A stretch of DNA of 64,000 nt from Monocercomonoides exilis PA203 (GCA_001643675.2 LSRY02000010.1:1612001-1676000); one strand, 5' to 3'; counted from the stretch's first letter, positions 30,301-40,589 are shown. Program-made: numbers and translations. The notes: generated from the letters alone by a model not told the origin.

Positions 30301-31726
30301 TTCAAACATCAAAGACGATAACAATCAAAACTCCAAGTCAAACTCCAATCCATCTCCTTCAAAACCAGTTCTGTTTTCGCTGACGCCTTCTCGTTCTCCT
30401 TCCTCTTCTGCTGCAATTAACAGACTGCGCCAAGTGGAATACGAACTGCACGCATCTCCTTCTCTTCACTCGCTCCATTCTCCTCATTCTCCTCACTCTC
30501 CTCATTCTTTTCATTCAATCCGAACATCCGACGATTTGCCTTCTCTCCACTCGCCAAGCTCTGTTGCATCGGTGCACACTTCCACGCCTCTCCGACGCCT
30601 TGCTGGCCATTCCTCGTTCTGCTCGCCTTCAACTGATCATTTCTTCGGTGCATCAAACATTTCTCAGCACAGCCTTTCCTCGTATGCTTCTCAACCGTCT
30701 TTGGCTACCCCCATTTTCCCACATTCGCTTCATTCCTCGTCATCGCCTTCTCCTCCTCCTCCGCTTGTACCTCCTCTTCGTCTTCCCCAAAAGAATTCAG
30801 TTTCAAACTCACAAGAATTACTGGCTTCTTCTCAAAATGAAACAGCTTCATCATCTTCTCCATCACCCGATGCTTTTTCTTCACCAATTCCCAGAAAGCT
30901 GTCAACAACCAAGTCAAACAGATTCACGCCCATCCAATCAACTCCTCTGTTTTCTCGGCATCTCTCTTCTTCTCTCTCTCTTTCTCCTCTTCCGGCTGCT
31001 GACACTCCTTCCTCTTCCTCCAACGAGCATTCGCCAAATGATATTTCTCAAACAGCTGACAATGCATTCACAGACCGATCTTCAACTTCTTTGAGCTCTT
31101 CTGCCTCAGCAATATCAGCATCGCAAGTGAATCAGCTGTTTGAGACGTTTTCGCCGCATCCATCTCCCCCTCTTCCTTCTCCTTCGACGCCTTCGACGCC
31201 TTTCTCTGTTGCTACAACAGCAACAACAGCAGCTTCTTCTTCATCGCCTTCTCCACTTCGCTCTCTTTCTGTGCGTGTGATGATGTCACTTTCGTCGTCG
31301 TCATCATCATCATCTTCTTCTTCTTCTTCTTCTCTTTCAAAACCTTCAACGGATCTTCCTTCTCCTTCACAAGCTTCGGATTCTTTGTTGGGCGATGCGA
31401 ATACTCATTCGAAATTGAATGAAGCAAGCAACGAGATGATTGAATCAGTTGAAGAAGAAGGAAAAGCTAAAGAAGAAGAAGAAATGGAAGGAGAAGAAAA
31501 AAGAGAAGAAGAAGAAGCAGAAGCAAAGAGCAGAGAAGGCAGCCACCCGACAATCACAAGAACGCTGTGTATAGCTGAATCGGAGACAACAGAAACGATT
31601 GAGCCAACAAAAGATGAAGCAATGGATGCATTTTTCCAGACTATTGATGATATAACGGCAACTGCCGCTCAAATAGAATTAAATGCAATATCTCAGACAA
31701 TTCAGCAAAACACTTCTTTTAGTTGA
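18377..31726 (+). CDS. Giant low-complexity, probably disordered protein (>=4449 aa; S/P/H-rich and E/D/K-rich blocks); likely the terminal exon of a gene starting further upstream (~17.8-18.3 kb)
   Basis: 13.35-kb stop-free frame in AT-rich DNA with consistent codon usage. No globular domain recognised. Confidence 0.8.
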   Translation: MCESSTIIHTQKKIKRKEIYEDFSKSKPSKHLSKKKSSISKSSFVSENKEYPQDPASEMELVIDRALQDEEMRQRKGIKAKEMSQPQKDIEANVESNENIGGIRSSPFLTNVPYLTHSQYANGKQQNPAIPFTSSFSHISPSSSSSSSASPSSSSSSSSKQQMNPKNIHIANSSTVPASFAQHLDISFLNSSFTQHPDMVPVESTPPTTLKATRTERGRSLLRHLPPPPLALATSSSSSSSSSSSSSHSPSSSSSSSPSSSLIQLNEASSNVFLPSTPSPSRSKRRKSSLPSTKPPYLSPRSQSPFDFPATPASFAESFRQSFENANFPISSSSSTSPSSPSPSPLDSFTSHSARSSSLPRLSQNSQRRRSQSPLVSSLLRSISNSPSFSRSSSPRSSSSSSSSHSFSSQPLRTPITSPSHSPSHSPSHSHSLTTSFQQPPLCASIVPSPPHHENALSSPHFASTSLFDHVSHTLPPFALPTTKRNENSLAFPSTPLQPSSILHRSGNVSSYVLSPSPQKQEKENVKSLKGRGKQSQKPSDEAKVDKSEKQEHQQHHNHHHHHHHSSHNRNEHLNGKRSLPNKEKSKTKPLNEKSSFSTILPKDEQYSSFEKYSSFQTDQQLPSDLYLPSISGSSSSSFLSSSSSSSSSSPSSSSTSSSFSSSIFPSSSASSASSASDASSSSPPPSQTEDEQSILEEAQIIKSSLSLLTSPHRLSHHHLHHQHNQHHHPHKQSNHHRSSSKNSSESSSSSEKPPSSSSSSSSISAIPKEHHKHKNQKKEKQQDVHHRKHHHSEHTQQPSSASSSSSSSSFPSPPSSSSSSSSSTSLETQPLQSISSILPSIHTPSIQPSPQQSTSSSAPLLSRQTPHPSSPSSSVQNERNSKKSTSSQPNDDSVPVSFSRPSLFGRLQPVKQNEMNANDPSVKKAGLTASASIPSNEVEMKKSELLLVSKQMNSNSEKEDVKTEGSALSLTKIETPSKQKQETPLNNKPVQDADSLPSQNRPQLLFNKTVHPTSSSSSSSSSSKNKEQRKDSDIKENSSNAPSIQSSSSSLYEPISPLPSPPSAPEFSEDSKQKDLQNEELGADDEKDEGERNKKEKEKRESEAKEEDDEEDEGDSTNNKEDNTLLDEDDSLLSLPSLSSTDSDATELETPPQPFESEEKEFEAKDSEKLNEEKLQISNETGKFISEGVKKEEEPQTKDNETSSVSPPSQPSASASSNFLPVSLASKSDGEKITQLPFSLPLSLPLPPPPPPPLLSPLSYHYHSSTNSPFSPSVTKNNVFISSSPHHSEQLLSSSNSPKISSQNTEIDHLSEPFIAKSPSSSSFPLFPVPSPPSPPSHPSSPFTPHSPPTSSPSPSSPPPIPPLDDDYDDDDENDNFEENSKEPKPTKEEPYQKESPNKTPIQKSDQNATISGLTKQQSQKTQSLLPSSPPPPRVPVHHLKAHTHNPSPLRSSSSSTTTSPSPSSSSSNALQSPAKHSISNDIPPLPRQIVQQNRYMNELRSLASSSSSPSSSFSSSPSSSPSSSSSPQHNPSLCAILLSRIRERHEKLDGNTKEVENEEKQKRKSDIEAVDSEQHIGIPTNQVISKGEDKSNKKEENEDKNEKKSRMEEDSLDLASPPPLPFEENSESSIALLSDSEELEEPPLPPTSFTPPLSSPPSLPLSPSPSPPPSSLVALPESPLSPILLSPPFPYSSQPSQTDSLHQHAIDSLSPNASLLTPPPLTPPSPPSSPSSPSLSSPPHSPLPLPLPLPLPPPIQSPVDSSSLLSTPPSVPSTPTESKNEAELPSSSHDLDTAFLQSPPSTPPLSPPLSPSHQQSNSPSKLMAPSSFVSTPQNMPSSASQSASQPHSISTSSQSVLQHLSEEPDDTTESDEMLTSPPFPPSPPSPPSPHSPHSPHSPPSPSPPSPLPSLSPLISPNRFTHTTADKSDDEDISALSPSDSMNNEISHTTLPKAKNRYELDDDDDANDEEDEQEKEESDLSVKKIEKEGHVESDSVLIENSSIEQFPLEEKQDSNEGDSNESDLNENEVLLLHQPEDNLFNDQPSDFVLTESDVLKENERRGYSSRDEEGSIHSEGNEEEGVLNEKANERKGIENNDATEESRNNDSMEKEKTGENEEENLNNNKEASIKHDGSLEKEEEEADKKPVEDAFNGETEAKEMKKRKFTEEPIFNREEDERQIKSEPSEEATTDKKEEKDVEVDEQDNKQKCKLSKEDSDEKEDVASMHSASDNEKKSEKDEAQSELSNEKNVEIEDEQENENTSTAEVESGMEKEDELIKDERKECEEEKKGSITETSSILSEKEETSDSPSIAVQNEASNDEFNEKSQMSEGSESEEKDNEDVNCGKEDDEKEDIAEDNETKDTIITKEEVSVEEGSNESENHSEGQLEREKEGTEIKQNDENEKEIKQDIEETGKDKQNNEKEGDESLKETEENCKEGEKDEKEEEDHRATDEDEQRMEDEKHSKCDHDEQEREEKGESEKEEEIEKDIVSNEEEENAEKACHEEKNDQIKEFIEAAHDSEDNQKEQEEEAKNEKENEQNNKLEDDSKEGGGEEEKSDINIQQKEGSKEELDEKRSENGKVAESEAQIENEEKTESSDESEEGANNEDRKERAFDNSEASTNGFVDMKEKESQKDNNIDIPVSQSKTNLENDGKAYSEDEDSIEKEDKCSEEAEMDEKDERKEISVLEDSQKSDSMVEEDSKEKKYQENDNVSSQEPEMDEYVKENGLNNEKDENSEITVDEKKDKKEDEGDEERSERDEKEKEKDDTEKREMEKGEGNDEDDYQNDEEADKRKDSEREDESEIESDMKKSAEMEQDPQHFEETNKNTGKVKDASNESEKEDIDSQNDVNDEQSLKEKNDQCGVEQAMDYPQNQSVSVIESEEEETDLTSETNKETENVNNNHANKNYSKEEDIVEEQEIKQNDNLNENDEEDNETTRSEKDESKEKDVDDSKQNSEKNETASTSADEMKDLEEYQIDNSIETSMKNEDFKADEPKEMEKDSQNEEDIEKDQDDEKEKERKEKEEQKEFEELVSITEVLGDEVQNNKLLNEEEEQSEKGNLPLEEESKEEDKSKETKEDENIDDIQPTDQNQTNNSLLPTSSDIDVQNDNNTTESTLFPSHLKSSESSLAAKEPQEIESSLENGIPLNCTHSMTPAPETSAPGLVSIPSQRSFSTPLSTSTSASASHLQPAVSAPLQSESQSEIPPEINKKPKSASSSAASSQLRESASNYQSPFHSPVALHPAQLADKPEQYEEEEEKEKEKEKENTHVNDEASKDEKRQKENSSDNVNINFEHNSPFEKGTFPITENESNNCSKEEQEEPKSFSNAKKQDFNEIDQWQKQDTENDIQQPSKINAGDLLLSHHSNSAFSPIQKTFSQEQEEKDKEAEEKSDNLSSDNKSAGNSTTKNEIKPTKSNKVKIDLHPKNSNEKVVWGKGEKEAEKEDTNKLRGVKNVTDENIQTERDEDETKSRSEIVHTPFSYQSNLDEEEKEEGEREGVYDDGNDDAEEDFDEAIEGELKNKHSSDDDLEDDEDDSLLMQLVLTHTPSLSRTQKIKQQKLRRSVTLPSPGEWFTDSIAKEIAKAAPKKGAEWANEETHSLKESETDRNGNQTGDEEYELMEAWEDVFSQRSHESNKEKENKVTEMESEKEPEKKEEEEMKEDVKEEDEILQPEVYSTEVIEQQQQQQQQQQQQQQQPQQQPIAEEVSEVKEETEEVSSSSSRKSEKDEEIEDEQFHFDDEHKEQPQDEKLQDDKNDSNASIHCSNEENSMDVWGLLRDQTGSPLIDIHKFDSSNQIEDEKQDDCILSDDIIDLVEERANNNKESENFNESNESDFEKEDGEIDECKNEKDPKEVENEIEDDKKEKEKEKKEEEEEEDDDYEEETSASQSTKDSSDESDVVMDNMESYATAGVMRLLEGTINVSQFEEDSLMLNEDKRDSTKTEKEITSTEAKDGNEAKNLSSVSFEGEPSLILSNSNIKDDNNQNSKSNSNPSPSKPVLFSLTPSRSPSSSAAINRLRQVEYELHASPSLHSLHSPHSPHSPHSFHSIRTSDDLPSLHSPSSVASVHTSTPLRRLAGHSSFCSPSTDHFFGASNISQHSLSSYASQPSLATPIFPHSLHSSSSPSPPPPLVPPLRLPQKNSVSNSQELLASSQNETASSSSPSPDAFSSPIPRKLSTTKSNRFTPIQSTPLFSRHLSSSLSLSPLPAADTPSSSSNEHSPNDISQTADNAFTDRSSTSLSSSASAISASQVNQLFETFSPHPSPPLPSPSTPSTPFSVATTATTAASSSSPSPLRSLSVRVMMSLSSSSSSSSSSSSSSLSKPSTDLPSPSQASDSLLGDANTHSKLNEASNEMIESVEEEGKAKEEEEMEGEEKREEEEAEAKSREGSHPTITRTLCIAESETTETIEPTKDEAMDAFFQTIDDITATAAQIELNAISQTIQQNTSFS

Positions 31727-31992
31727 ACGGATTTTCTGAAACTTAAAAAACCTAATTATGTTGTTATTGATTTTTTTGAAAAATGTTTATGTTATGTTTA
31801 TATTTAGTTTTATTTTTCCAAATTTTTGCGCAATTTTACAAAATACGAATAAATCTTATTTTATATGTTATTTTTATCGTATGTTTTAAATTTAAAAAGA
31901 CATTTTGTTGTTTTATTGCGAAATGAAAAATGAAATATTTATTTATAGGAGCGAAATATGGTCTCTGATCATACTCATACAAAAATATACAA

Positions 31993-34289
31993 ATGTCATC
32001 TCTGTCATTAAGTTTGAAACATTATTTTATGACTGTGATTTATAAACTGTGTTTTTGTTAAAAGATTCGGTTTATGCACCTGGTCCAAACACAGAACGAG
32101 GAAAGCCAACTCGTTTGACACATAGCCCAAAAGGTGATGAAATCGTCTATGCCTCTGGAAATGTTATAGTCATTCGGAATGTTGCTGATCCAATGATTGC
32201 GGACATTTTCACAGGACATCGTGCAAAAACTACCGTGGGAAGAATCGCACCAAGTGGTTATTACTGTGCTTCAGCTGGTATAAAAATTATTTTCTTGATA
32301 TCTTTTATATTTTATAACTTTAATAAAATTTTACGTTTGTAGATTCTCAGGGAAATGTTATGGTCTGGGATTTGGTCAATAAAGTCGAACATATTGTGAA
32401 ATATCAGAAAAAGAGTTTCTCAAATGGTGTACTTGATCTCGATTGGACAGAAGATAGCAAACGTATTTGCGTTGTTGGAGATGGAAAAGACACGTTTGTA
32501 ATTCCTTATTTTTCGATTTTTGTCTTTTTTATAGAAATAATTTTCATTTTCTTTTTTCATTGATTATTATTTCAACATTGTTGAACAGCAAAGCAGAAGT
32601 TTGGATGTGGGATTCTGGTTCAAGTACAGGTGAGATATCTGGACACACAAGCAGAGTTCAGGGATGCGCAATAAAGCAAACTCGTCCATATCGTCTTGCA
32701 ACTTGTGGTGAAGATATGCTCACGAATTTTTATAAAGGTCCTCCATTCAGATTTGATCACTCGAACAGAGATAACACAAGATTTGTCAACACTGTTGAAT
32801 ATGCTCCAGATGGGTCGATCTTTGCAACAGGAGGAGGAGACAAAAAAATCTGCATCTATGATGGTGTTGAGGGAACAAAGAAGTGCGAGATGAGCAACGA
32901 AGATGAGCACAAATTATCAATCTTTTCAATTGGCTTTTCGTTGGATGGGAAATCGCTGCTGTCGTGCTCTGCAGATAAGACAGTGAAGCTGTGGGATGTT
33001 GAGACACAGAAGTGTGTGTCAACAATGAAGGCGAGAGAAACACCAGAGCTCTGCGACACGCCAGTTGGCTGCACATTCACCACGCTCGGTGCTGTTGTTG
33101 CCACTCTCCGTGGAGACCTGTGTGTGTATGATCCTCGTGTAACTGACGTGTTCACCCCAGTGAAGGTTATTCGCGGGCACAACAAGCCCATTCAAGGTTT
33201 GGATGTTGTGCATCGCCCAGCTGGCTCAAGCGAAGCATCGTCCTCAGCAACACCATCAGGCGAGTCGCACGAGGATGAATCTTCACATCGTGTGAACTTT
33301 GTGTCTGCGTCAATCGACGGGCAAGCACTTCAGTTTAACGAGCGTGCTGGATCACTTGCGGGAGAAGCTGGATACAAGCACGAAGGGCAGCCTTTGTGTG
33401 CTGTTGTTGCTACACCAACGACGATGGTGACACTCGGAATGGAAGGAAACATCGTGTTTTCGCAGACTGAAGAGGCGAAAGCAGCTGCTGCTGCAGAAGT
33501 GAAGCCTGTCAAGAAGCCATTTGAGATGCCCCAGTCACTTGCGCTTCTGTCTGAAGGTGAGTTTGTTGTTGCCGCTGCCCAGAGGAAGATTACAGTGTGG
33601 AAGTGCAGCACAAACGAGGCTGATGTTGCCGCTCCAATCTGCGAAGCCCCGACTGATTACAATGTGACATGCATGGCCTCACAGCTGAGCAAGAACATTT
33701 TTGCTGTTGGAGGATCAGACCAATTTGTACACTTCTGGAAGTTTGAAGCCGAAGAGAAGAAGATTGTTGAATATGGTTTGTTTTTTTTTATTATTATTAT
33801 TAAATATTAAATATTCGAATCTGATCATTTTGTTCAAAAAAATTGATTACAAATTTGCTCTTTCTGATATTCTCTATTTTTTATCATTTATTTTCATTTC
33901 AAATTTCAACAGCCAAATCAAAGGGCAAATACGCAGGTGCAGTTTCAGCAGTTGCTCTATCATCAGACGGTGCAATGTTTGCAGCAGCGCGCGACAGGTT
34001 CATTTGCATTGGAAAATTATGTGACACAGATGTGTCTGATCTGAATGAGCAGTTCCTTCTGCACACATCACGTGTGGCTGCTGTTGCCTTCTCACCTGAC
34101 AACACGAGGCTTCTGTCGGCTGGCCTTGACTGCCAGATATTTGTGTGGGATGTGAACGATCAGGAGAAGTTCATCAAGCAAGTTGGATGCCATGCTCCCC
34201 AGGGCATTTCTGGTGCTAAGTGGCTGAATAACACCTCTATTATTACAAGCGGTGCAGATGGCGTTATTAGAAAGTGGGTTGTTGCGTAA
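31993..34289 (+). CDS. WDR1: WD-repeat actin-interacting protein 1 (WDR1/AIP1), about 6 exons
   Basis: YAPGPNTERGKP, IFTGH..TTVGRIAPSGYYCASA, DLDWTEDSKRICVVGDG, WDSGSSTGEISGH, KQTRPYRLATCGED, FYKGPPFRF are AIP1 signature sequences. Confidence 0.93.
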
Positions 34290-34926
34290 TTCTCTTTGAT
34301 GTTTTTCCCATGCTTTCCTCTATCAAGAAATCAAAGAAAATGATTCATGTTCATTTTCTTGAGAATTCTTGATGTTATTGTTTGTTTAGTGATTAATAAT
34401 GTGACGATAATGTAATTTTTAATACTGTGTTTTTTTAACCTGTCAGTTTTCTGTTCAAAGCTACTAAATAATCTTTCGTTGTTTATCCATTCCACATGAA
34501 TGAACACCAACTGAAAACTTTTTATGCATCAACGCAATGAGGTTTTTGACTTTGTTGGTCAGTTTATTTAATTTTCACATCTCCTTTTTAATATTTTAAT
34601 TTTTCACGATGTTTTGTCGACTTTCAAATAAAAAAAGATAAATCTTAAACATAATAATTCAAATCATATACATTGCTTTAACCTGAAACATTCGTTATTT
34701 CATTAGCATTTTGACAGAAATTTTTAAACAAATTAATTTCGCACTCTGATTTGTGATAAAGTATTTAAATCAAGTTTGTTACATGTGGATGAAGAAAAGA
34801 GAGAACAAAGTGTAAAATGAAAATAAAAAAACAATACAATTAATTAAAGAGGAGAGGTGAATTGGGTCTGGGGAAAAAATGTAGGAAGAATTGATTTTCG
34901 TTGAATTGAATCCCAGACTTAAATTC

Positions 34927-35796
34927 TTATGCCTCTGTTATCAAAAATAAAAACGAAAAAATAAATAAATAAATTTATAAATTGATGAAAAAATAAAGAT
35001 AGGTGCACACTTGTTGGAAGATAAAGTTTGAATTCAGCTGGAAGCTCTTCCTCGGAATACAGTCTGTCAGAAAAGTAGATTCTCCTCAGACGGCAGTTGC
35101 AATGAACTTGCACGCGAAGAGTTTCAAGATAATTTGTACCATATGCCCTTCTTGTGAAATCAGAAAGATTGAATTGAATTTGATTCCAGCCATCATCTAA
35201 ATTCATTGGAATTGTGCAAATAAATGGCTTTACACGAGTTGCACTCTATTTGATTCAAATATAATAAAAAAAAACACCACAATTTTATTAGAAAAAAGGA
35301 AAGGATAAATTCAGCAATACTTGATAATTGCTTGCTCTGAAACGACGCTTGATACTTTTATCATCAAGAACTTGAACTTCAAAAGAGAAATATTTCTTCA
35401 TCTGAAAATTATTTCAAGCTATGGTTAAGAATAATAAATAATTCATCAAATCAATACATTTTTAATAATCATCACCAAGAATGGAAGCTTGATTCCAAGA
35501 GTTTTTGCAGGATCGGCAGGACAAGTAATATAACATGTCGCCACGTTTGTGCCAATAATTTCGATAACAGAAGTTTGAATGTGTGGATCTGTTATACGCT
35601 TTATATGTCCATTTTCAACTATTTAGCAAACGAATCATCACAAATAAATAATTTTATAAGATATTGCAAATAGTTCGAATAAATTAAATGAAATTAAAAT
35701 CATTTTATTACCATGCTGTCCCCAGATTGCAAGTGGTTTGCTACCAATTGAGTACAATATTGAAAGAAAGCCTGATTGGAACGTAGTTTTGAACAT
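34927..35796 (-). CDS. CFAP20: Cilia- and flagella-associated protein 20 (BUG22), multi-exon
   Basis: [25 protein letters not shown] at 35796; [23 protein letters not shown]; [26 protein letters not shown]...[26 protein letters not shown]. Confidence 0.96.
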
Positions 35797-35879
35797 TTTC
35801 AAACGGTCTTACACCCTTTACCGTAAACAATTTTGATCAAAATGCGAACCACAAGTTATCTTTTATTTGGACTTTTTTT

Positions 35880-38116
35880 ATGTTTCGTCTTGCTGTTGGA
35901 GATTCAACAGGATTACTCAAGTGTTTGTTATTTATTTTGTTTTACTATAAAATATTTTTCAATTTTGTAATTTGATCTCCAAATTTGGACTGACATTTTT
36001 AAATTTTCTACTTTGCAATAGGCGTCGTTCCATCTTCTCCTACCGAAAATCATAAGTTCGGTTATCAATTGCAAAAATCTGTTATCTCTAACTTGGAACC
36101 GCTCACTTGTGGAAATAGAGTTTGCTTTAAAATTAGCCACATTTTTTTATATTTGATGCTATTTTCGATTCATCTTTGAATAAAATAAGATTTTATGCTC
36201 ACGAGGTCAAACAATAGTTCAAATGTACGAACTTCCAGAGAGAAAAACAAAAAGTGAAAGACGTATGAAAGCGAGTACAGAGGAATCAGAAGTTTCTGGA
36301 TATGGAGTTGGGGTATTTTCAAGAAAAGATGGAAGAATCACTTCTTTAACAGCTTTGCCGACTAAACTACTGAGAAAGTCATTGTCCTTTAGCGATGATT
36401 CATTGCCAGATTGTGCTTTTGGTGCAACAACTGAAGGGGTTTTGAGATTGTTTGAAATCAATCACACACACAAACTTTTAGATTACTATACTGGTGAAAA
36501 ATTAAAGTTTCCAACTTACAACGAACCATTGCTTTCATTTATGACAGAACGTTTGATGAGTTCATTTATGAAAAAGTGAAAATGAAACTGAATTTCAATA
36601 TATATATTCATTCTTTTTTTTAGCTCACATAAAAAGAGGAAGAGTGGATCTTGCATCTTTTTACAATTCCAGAGAACTTCGTGTGGTGACTGTCGGAAAG
36701 CGCACGTCGTTGAAAGTCTGGGATTTCAAGGAAGCCAACGGGAAGGACAAGTTGGAGCCTTCCAAAGGAACAATTCTGTTTGAGTCCAGGAATCTCCCGA
36801 ACGACTCGTACAATCTGCGCAGAAACCTTCCGTTTTCTGATGTCCGCTACAAGCCGCGAGAGGCGAGCATCATCGGCGCAGTCACAGAAGCGCGGCAGTT
36901 CACTCTGTATGACACGAGGGTGGACAGGCGGCCGGTTGTGCTTATGACAAAGATTGGCAGAGCAGCGCTGACAAGCCTGACTTTTCCGGCGGATCACATT
37001 GAGCAGTGGATTTGGACAGCAGACGATGCAGAGAAGAGAAGGTGCTCGAAAATGACGAAGGCGAAGAGAAGGAAGGAGAGGAAGATGAAGAAAGAGGGAA
37101 AGAAAAAGATGGATGATGATGAAAAGAAAAAGGGTGGAGATGATGAAGACAGCGATGATGATTCCAATGAAGATGAAGATGAAAAGGAAGGTAAAATCGA
37201 TGAAGACGAAGAAGAAGAAGCAGCGTCCTCCAGCGACAACTACCCTCTTTCACCGTACATCCACAACGAGCACCACGTCATGTTCAGCAATGCCGATGGT
37301 CACATCTACGTTGCTGACTTGAGACACACAAAGAAACCGGCTTATTCGCTTCCCTCTCCAAGTGCTTCTGTCACACAGATCATTGCGCACCCGACGCTTC
37401 CGCTGCTTGCTGCTGTGGGCTATTCAAGATACACTTATGTGTATGATCTGCGCAAGATGAAAGTGAGTCATAAGGTTTGTGTATTTTTCTATTATTTTGT
37501 GTGGATGTTATAAAAATTCATCTTTTTTGTTTATTTATTTATTTATTTCTAAATATGTTTGTATCTGACACAATAAACATCGTATTTTCTTTTCATTTGC
37601 TAAAAAATAAAGTTCTTTTTGGGGCAAAAGCAAACCAGTGTTGCCTTTTTGCCTTCTTCTTTGGATTTCCTTCCACAATTAGATTCAGATCCAATGAACG
37701 GGCGCTGGAAAAGCTCCAAGCAAATCCAAGAAGAGGAAATGAAGAAAAAGAAAGAAGAAGGAGGAAAGGGAAAAGAAGAGAAAAAAGAGGCAGATGAAGA
37801 AGAGGAAATGGCTCCAAAGAAGAGATATCGTTCTGAACACGACTTGGAAAAGGCAACGAAAAAAATGGGGATAAAAACACGCTCGTTGGACGAAGGGGAG
37901 CATGAAGAAGATGACAGTGAAGATTATGACAGTGGTGATAGTGATGATGATGATGATGATGATGATGATTCAGAAGGATCGGAAGGATCAGAAGGATCTG
38001 AGGGAATGTCAAGTGAAAGTTATGATAGTGGCGATGAAGATGATGAGAGCGATGGCGGATACAGCGATGAAGGAAGCTATTCAGAGGATGAAGGGAGCGA
38101 ATCTGATGATGAATGA
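35880..38116 (+). CDS. WDR74: Ribosome biogenesis WD40 protein WDR74/Nsa1 with acidic tail, multi-exon
   Basis: MFRLAVGDSTGLLK, VGKRTSLKVWD, FESRNLPNDSYNLR, LYDTRVDRRPV and SVTQIIAHPTLPLLAAVG resemble conserved WDR74/Nsa1 blocks. Confidence 0.8.
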
Positions 38117-38302
38117 AGCTATTTGAAATGAAAATAAATGATTTTAATTGTATTTTTATTATTTATTTGTTTGTTTGTCACTTCACTTCATTTCACAAAA
38201 AAATTTTAAAGATATTTCATAAAAAATATTCAAACTTAAACATAATTATCAAACAGGAGTTCATTTTATTTGAGAAAAAAATATTGCGTTGTATTTGATC
38301 AG

Positions 38303-38357
<55 letters not shown>

Positions 38358-38633
38358 CTGCAAAAATACTTAATTGAAATAAATCACATTTATCTTAAGC
38401 AATTGTTTTGTTCTTTTTTAATTATTAATTATCGTAAAAGCGAGGTTAATTTATTTTATTCCTTCGGAACAAAGCACAATCTTATTTTTGAAATGAATAA
38501 CAAACAAAAAAATAAAATAGTTCGTGAAATGAATTTACAAAAATAAAAAAGAGTAAATATTGATGTTTCAAAAGAGTTACAAGATTGAGATTAAAAAGAA
38601 AGGCAAAGCAAAGCAAAGCAAAGCAAAATGTTA

Positions 38634-40589
38634 TCATTGAGCTTTATTTGCATCTGGCTGGTAAACATGCACACGATAAATACAAGTGTAGTTGGGATGC
38701 CCATGATTCGACAAGAACCTAAAGCGAACAGAGTCGCACTTCAACTTCGATGCTGCTTCTGATGTGAATGTCTGAAACCCTCCTTTTCTCGCATCGTAGA
38801 TACCTCTAATGATTTCCTCCTCAAACACCCGTGTGATGCCTCTTTTGCCAAAGCTCTTCTTCTGCTGTTGTTGCAGCATCACTTCTTTGATATTCCCTCT
38901 GTCTTCTCCAACTCCACAGCTCCCCAGCCCTCTCGTGCTTTCGTGGCACAGACACGTTGCTGTGAAGTTTGCAGGAGCAGAACTCACATCAGATGCTGTT
39001 TGAGGGATGATATGCCCAATGGCGACGGATTGCACGTGAGAAGGCTGAGAAAGAGAAACTGTCAGCCCGCTCCTCTGCCCAGACAGCGCCAAGCAGCCAC
39101 CGATGGAAAGTGGAGATGGCTAATGTTTAAAAAATATTTAAAAAAAAGTTTTAAAAAATTAAAATAATTTTGTATTTATTTCATTGGAATAGAAAATAAA
39201 TGTCATACGCTTAATACTATATCAGGGATAAATCGGTTTTCGTTGTTGTTTTTCCTTGAAATAAAAGTGATTTCTTCATCTGCCTCGTTGCTTTGTTGAT
39301 GAACATTCGCATTTGATGATGTTTGTGTTTTTTCTTTTTCTTCTTTTCCTTCTTCGTACAACTTCGAGTGGCTTTCCACAAACGCATGCCACGTAAGCGC
39401 TGCAAGATTGACTTTCTTTTCTCCTTCCGATGCAACTGCAAGTTGAGCGTGCACTTCCTTTGCGATTTCACTAACCTGTTGCTTTTCTGTCTCTGATAAT
39501 GTTATTTCTTCGTCTTTAGTTTCATTCATCTTTCGAACTTGTTCATACAGTTCAGTAAAATTCTGCACAAGTGATTTAAACATCTCTTCTGTAACTTTCC
39601 CTTCTGGCTTTTGCCTTTTGAAAATACCTTTCAAATTCCAATTTCTTTTTATTTGTTCCATCTTTGGCTGTAATACTTGTGTTTGTAGCCATTCTTTGCT
39701 CTGATCTTTTCTCAACTCAGAAAACACCACAGGAAGAACGAAGAAAGAAGAAGCGAACGCGAAGATAGTAAAATAAAGAAGAATTTTCAAAAACATATTA
39801 CGCGATGCACATCGAACAGCAGGGCCAACACAATACTTATTCAAGAAGAAATCTTTCTCTGGAGTATTATCTCTCCTAACCAATTCTTTCTGAAGATGTT
39901 GCAACTTACCTGCTGACTGTTTATCATTGCGGTGCCACAGATTTCGAAGCTTAGCAAAAAATCCTTGTGATTGTTTCTGCTTCCTTTCTCCTTTAGAATC
40001 TTCTTCAATATCTGGGACAGCATATATTGGTCTTGGTGACGCAGTTGGATCAGAATCATCTGGAGAATAAGAAACCGGACGAAGAGGAGAAAGATATGGC
40101 GAAACAGAAATTGAAGTTTCAACTTCTGGAGTATTTGTTGATGATCTACTTCTTGCAGATGAAAAAGTTTCAGTAATTGGATCAAAACTTGGTGAATTTT
40201 CTGATTTTGTTGGATGTTCAAGCGGATACTCATCTATCATTTGTTCCTCTAACTGTAAATTCACATTTTGATCAGAATTATGTTGCAATTCTCTCATTCG
40301 TGTCTTAACAATTTTATAAGACATTATAACAATATATTGAAAGCAAAAAAACAAACTGGTGTTTTAGCTTCTGTTATCATATTTCCGCGTTTTTGAACAG
40401 CTAATCTTGTATCTTTTGAGTGCTTTGGTCTGTAGCTATATTTATTTAAATGTTTGAAATGCAATTATTTGAAAATATACGTATAAAATGTTCAGAAAAA
40501 CATGTAAAATGCAACATTGAAAAAACGCCTTTGGAAATATATTTAAACCTTTCTCTTGACTGTATTATTTCACCGTCTCCAGAAAACAT
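38634..40589 (-). CDS. SUN-domain (Sad1/UNC-84) nuclear envelope protein, multi-exon; start approximate
   Basis: C-terminal SUN motifs VAIGH, SSAPANF and VRFRFLSNHGHPNYTCIYRVHV. One TM segment (ILLYFTIFAFASSFFVLPVVF) followed by coiled coil. Confidence 0.88.

Noticed and set aside
38303-38355. Long poly(A) or poly(T) runs (also ~58927-58983, ~47160-47192, ~59508-59540) as retrocopy tails
   Set aside because: No flanking TSD or upstream element recognised; treated as simple homopolymers
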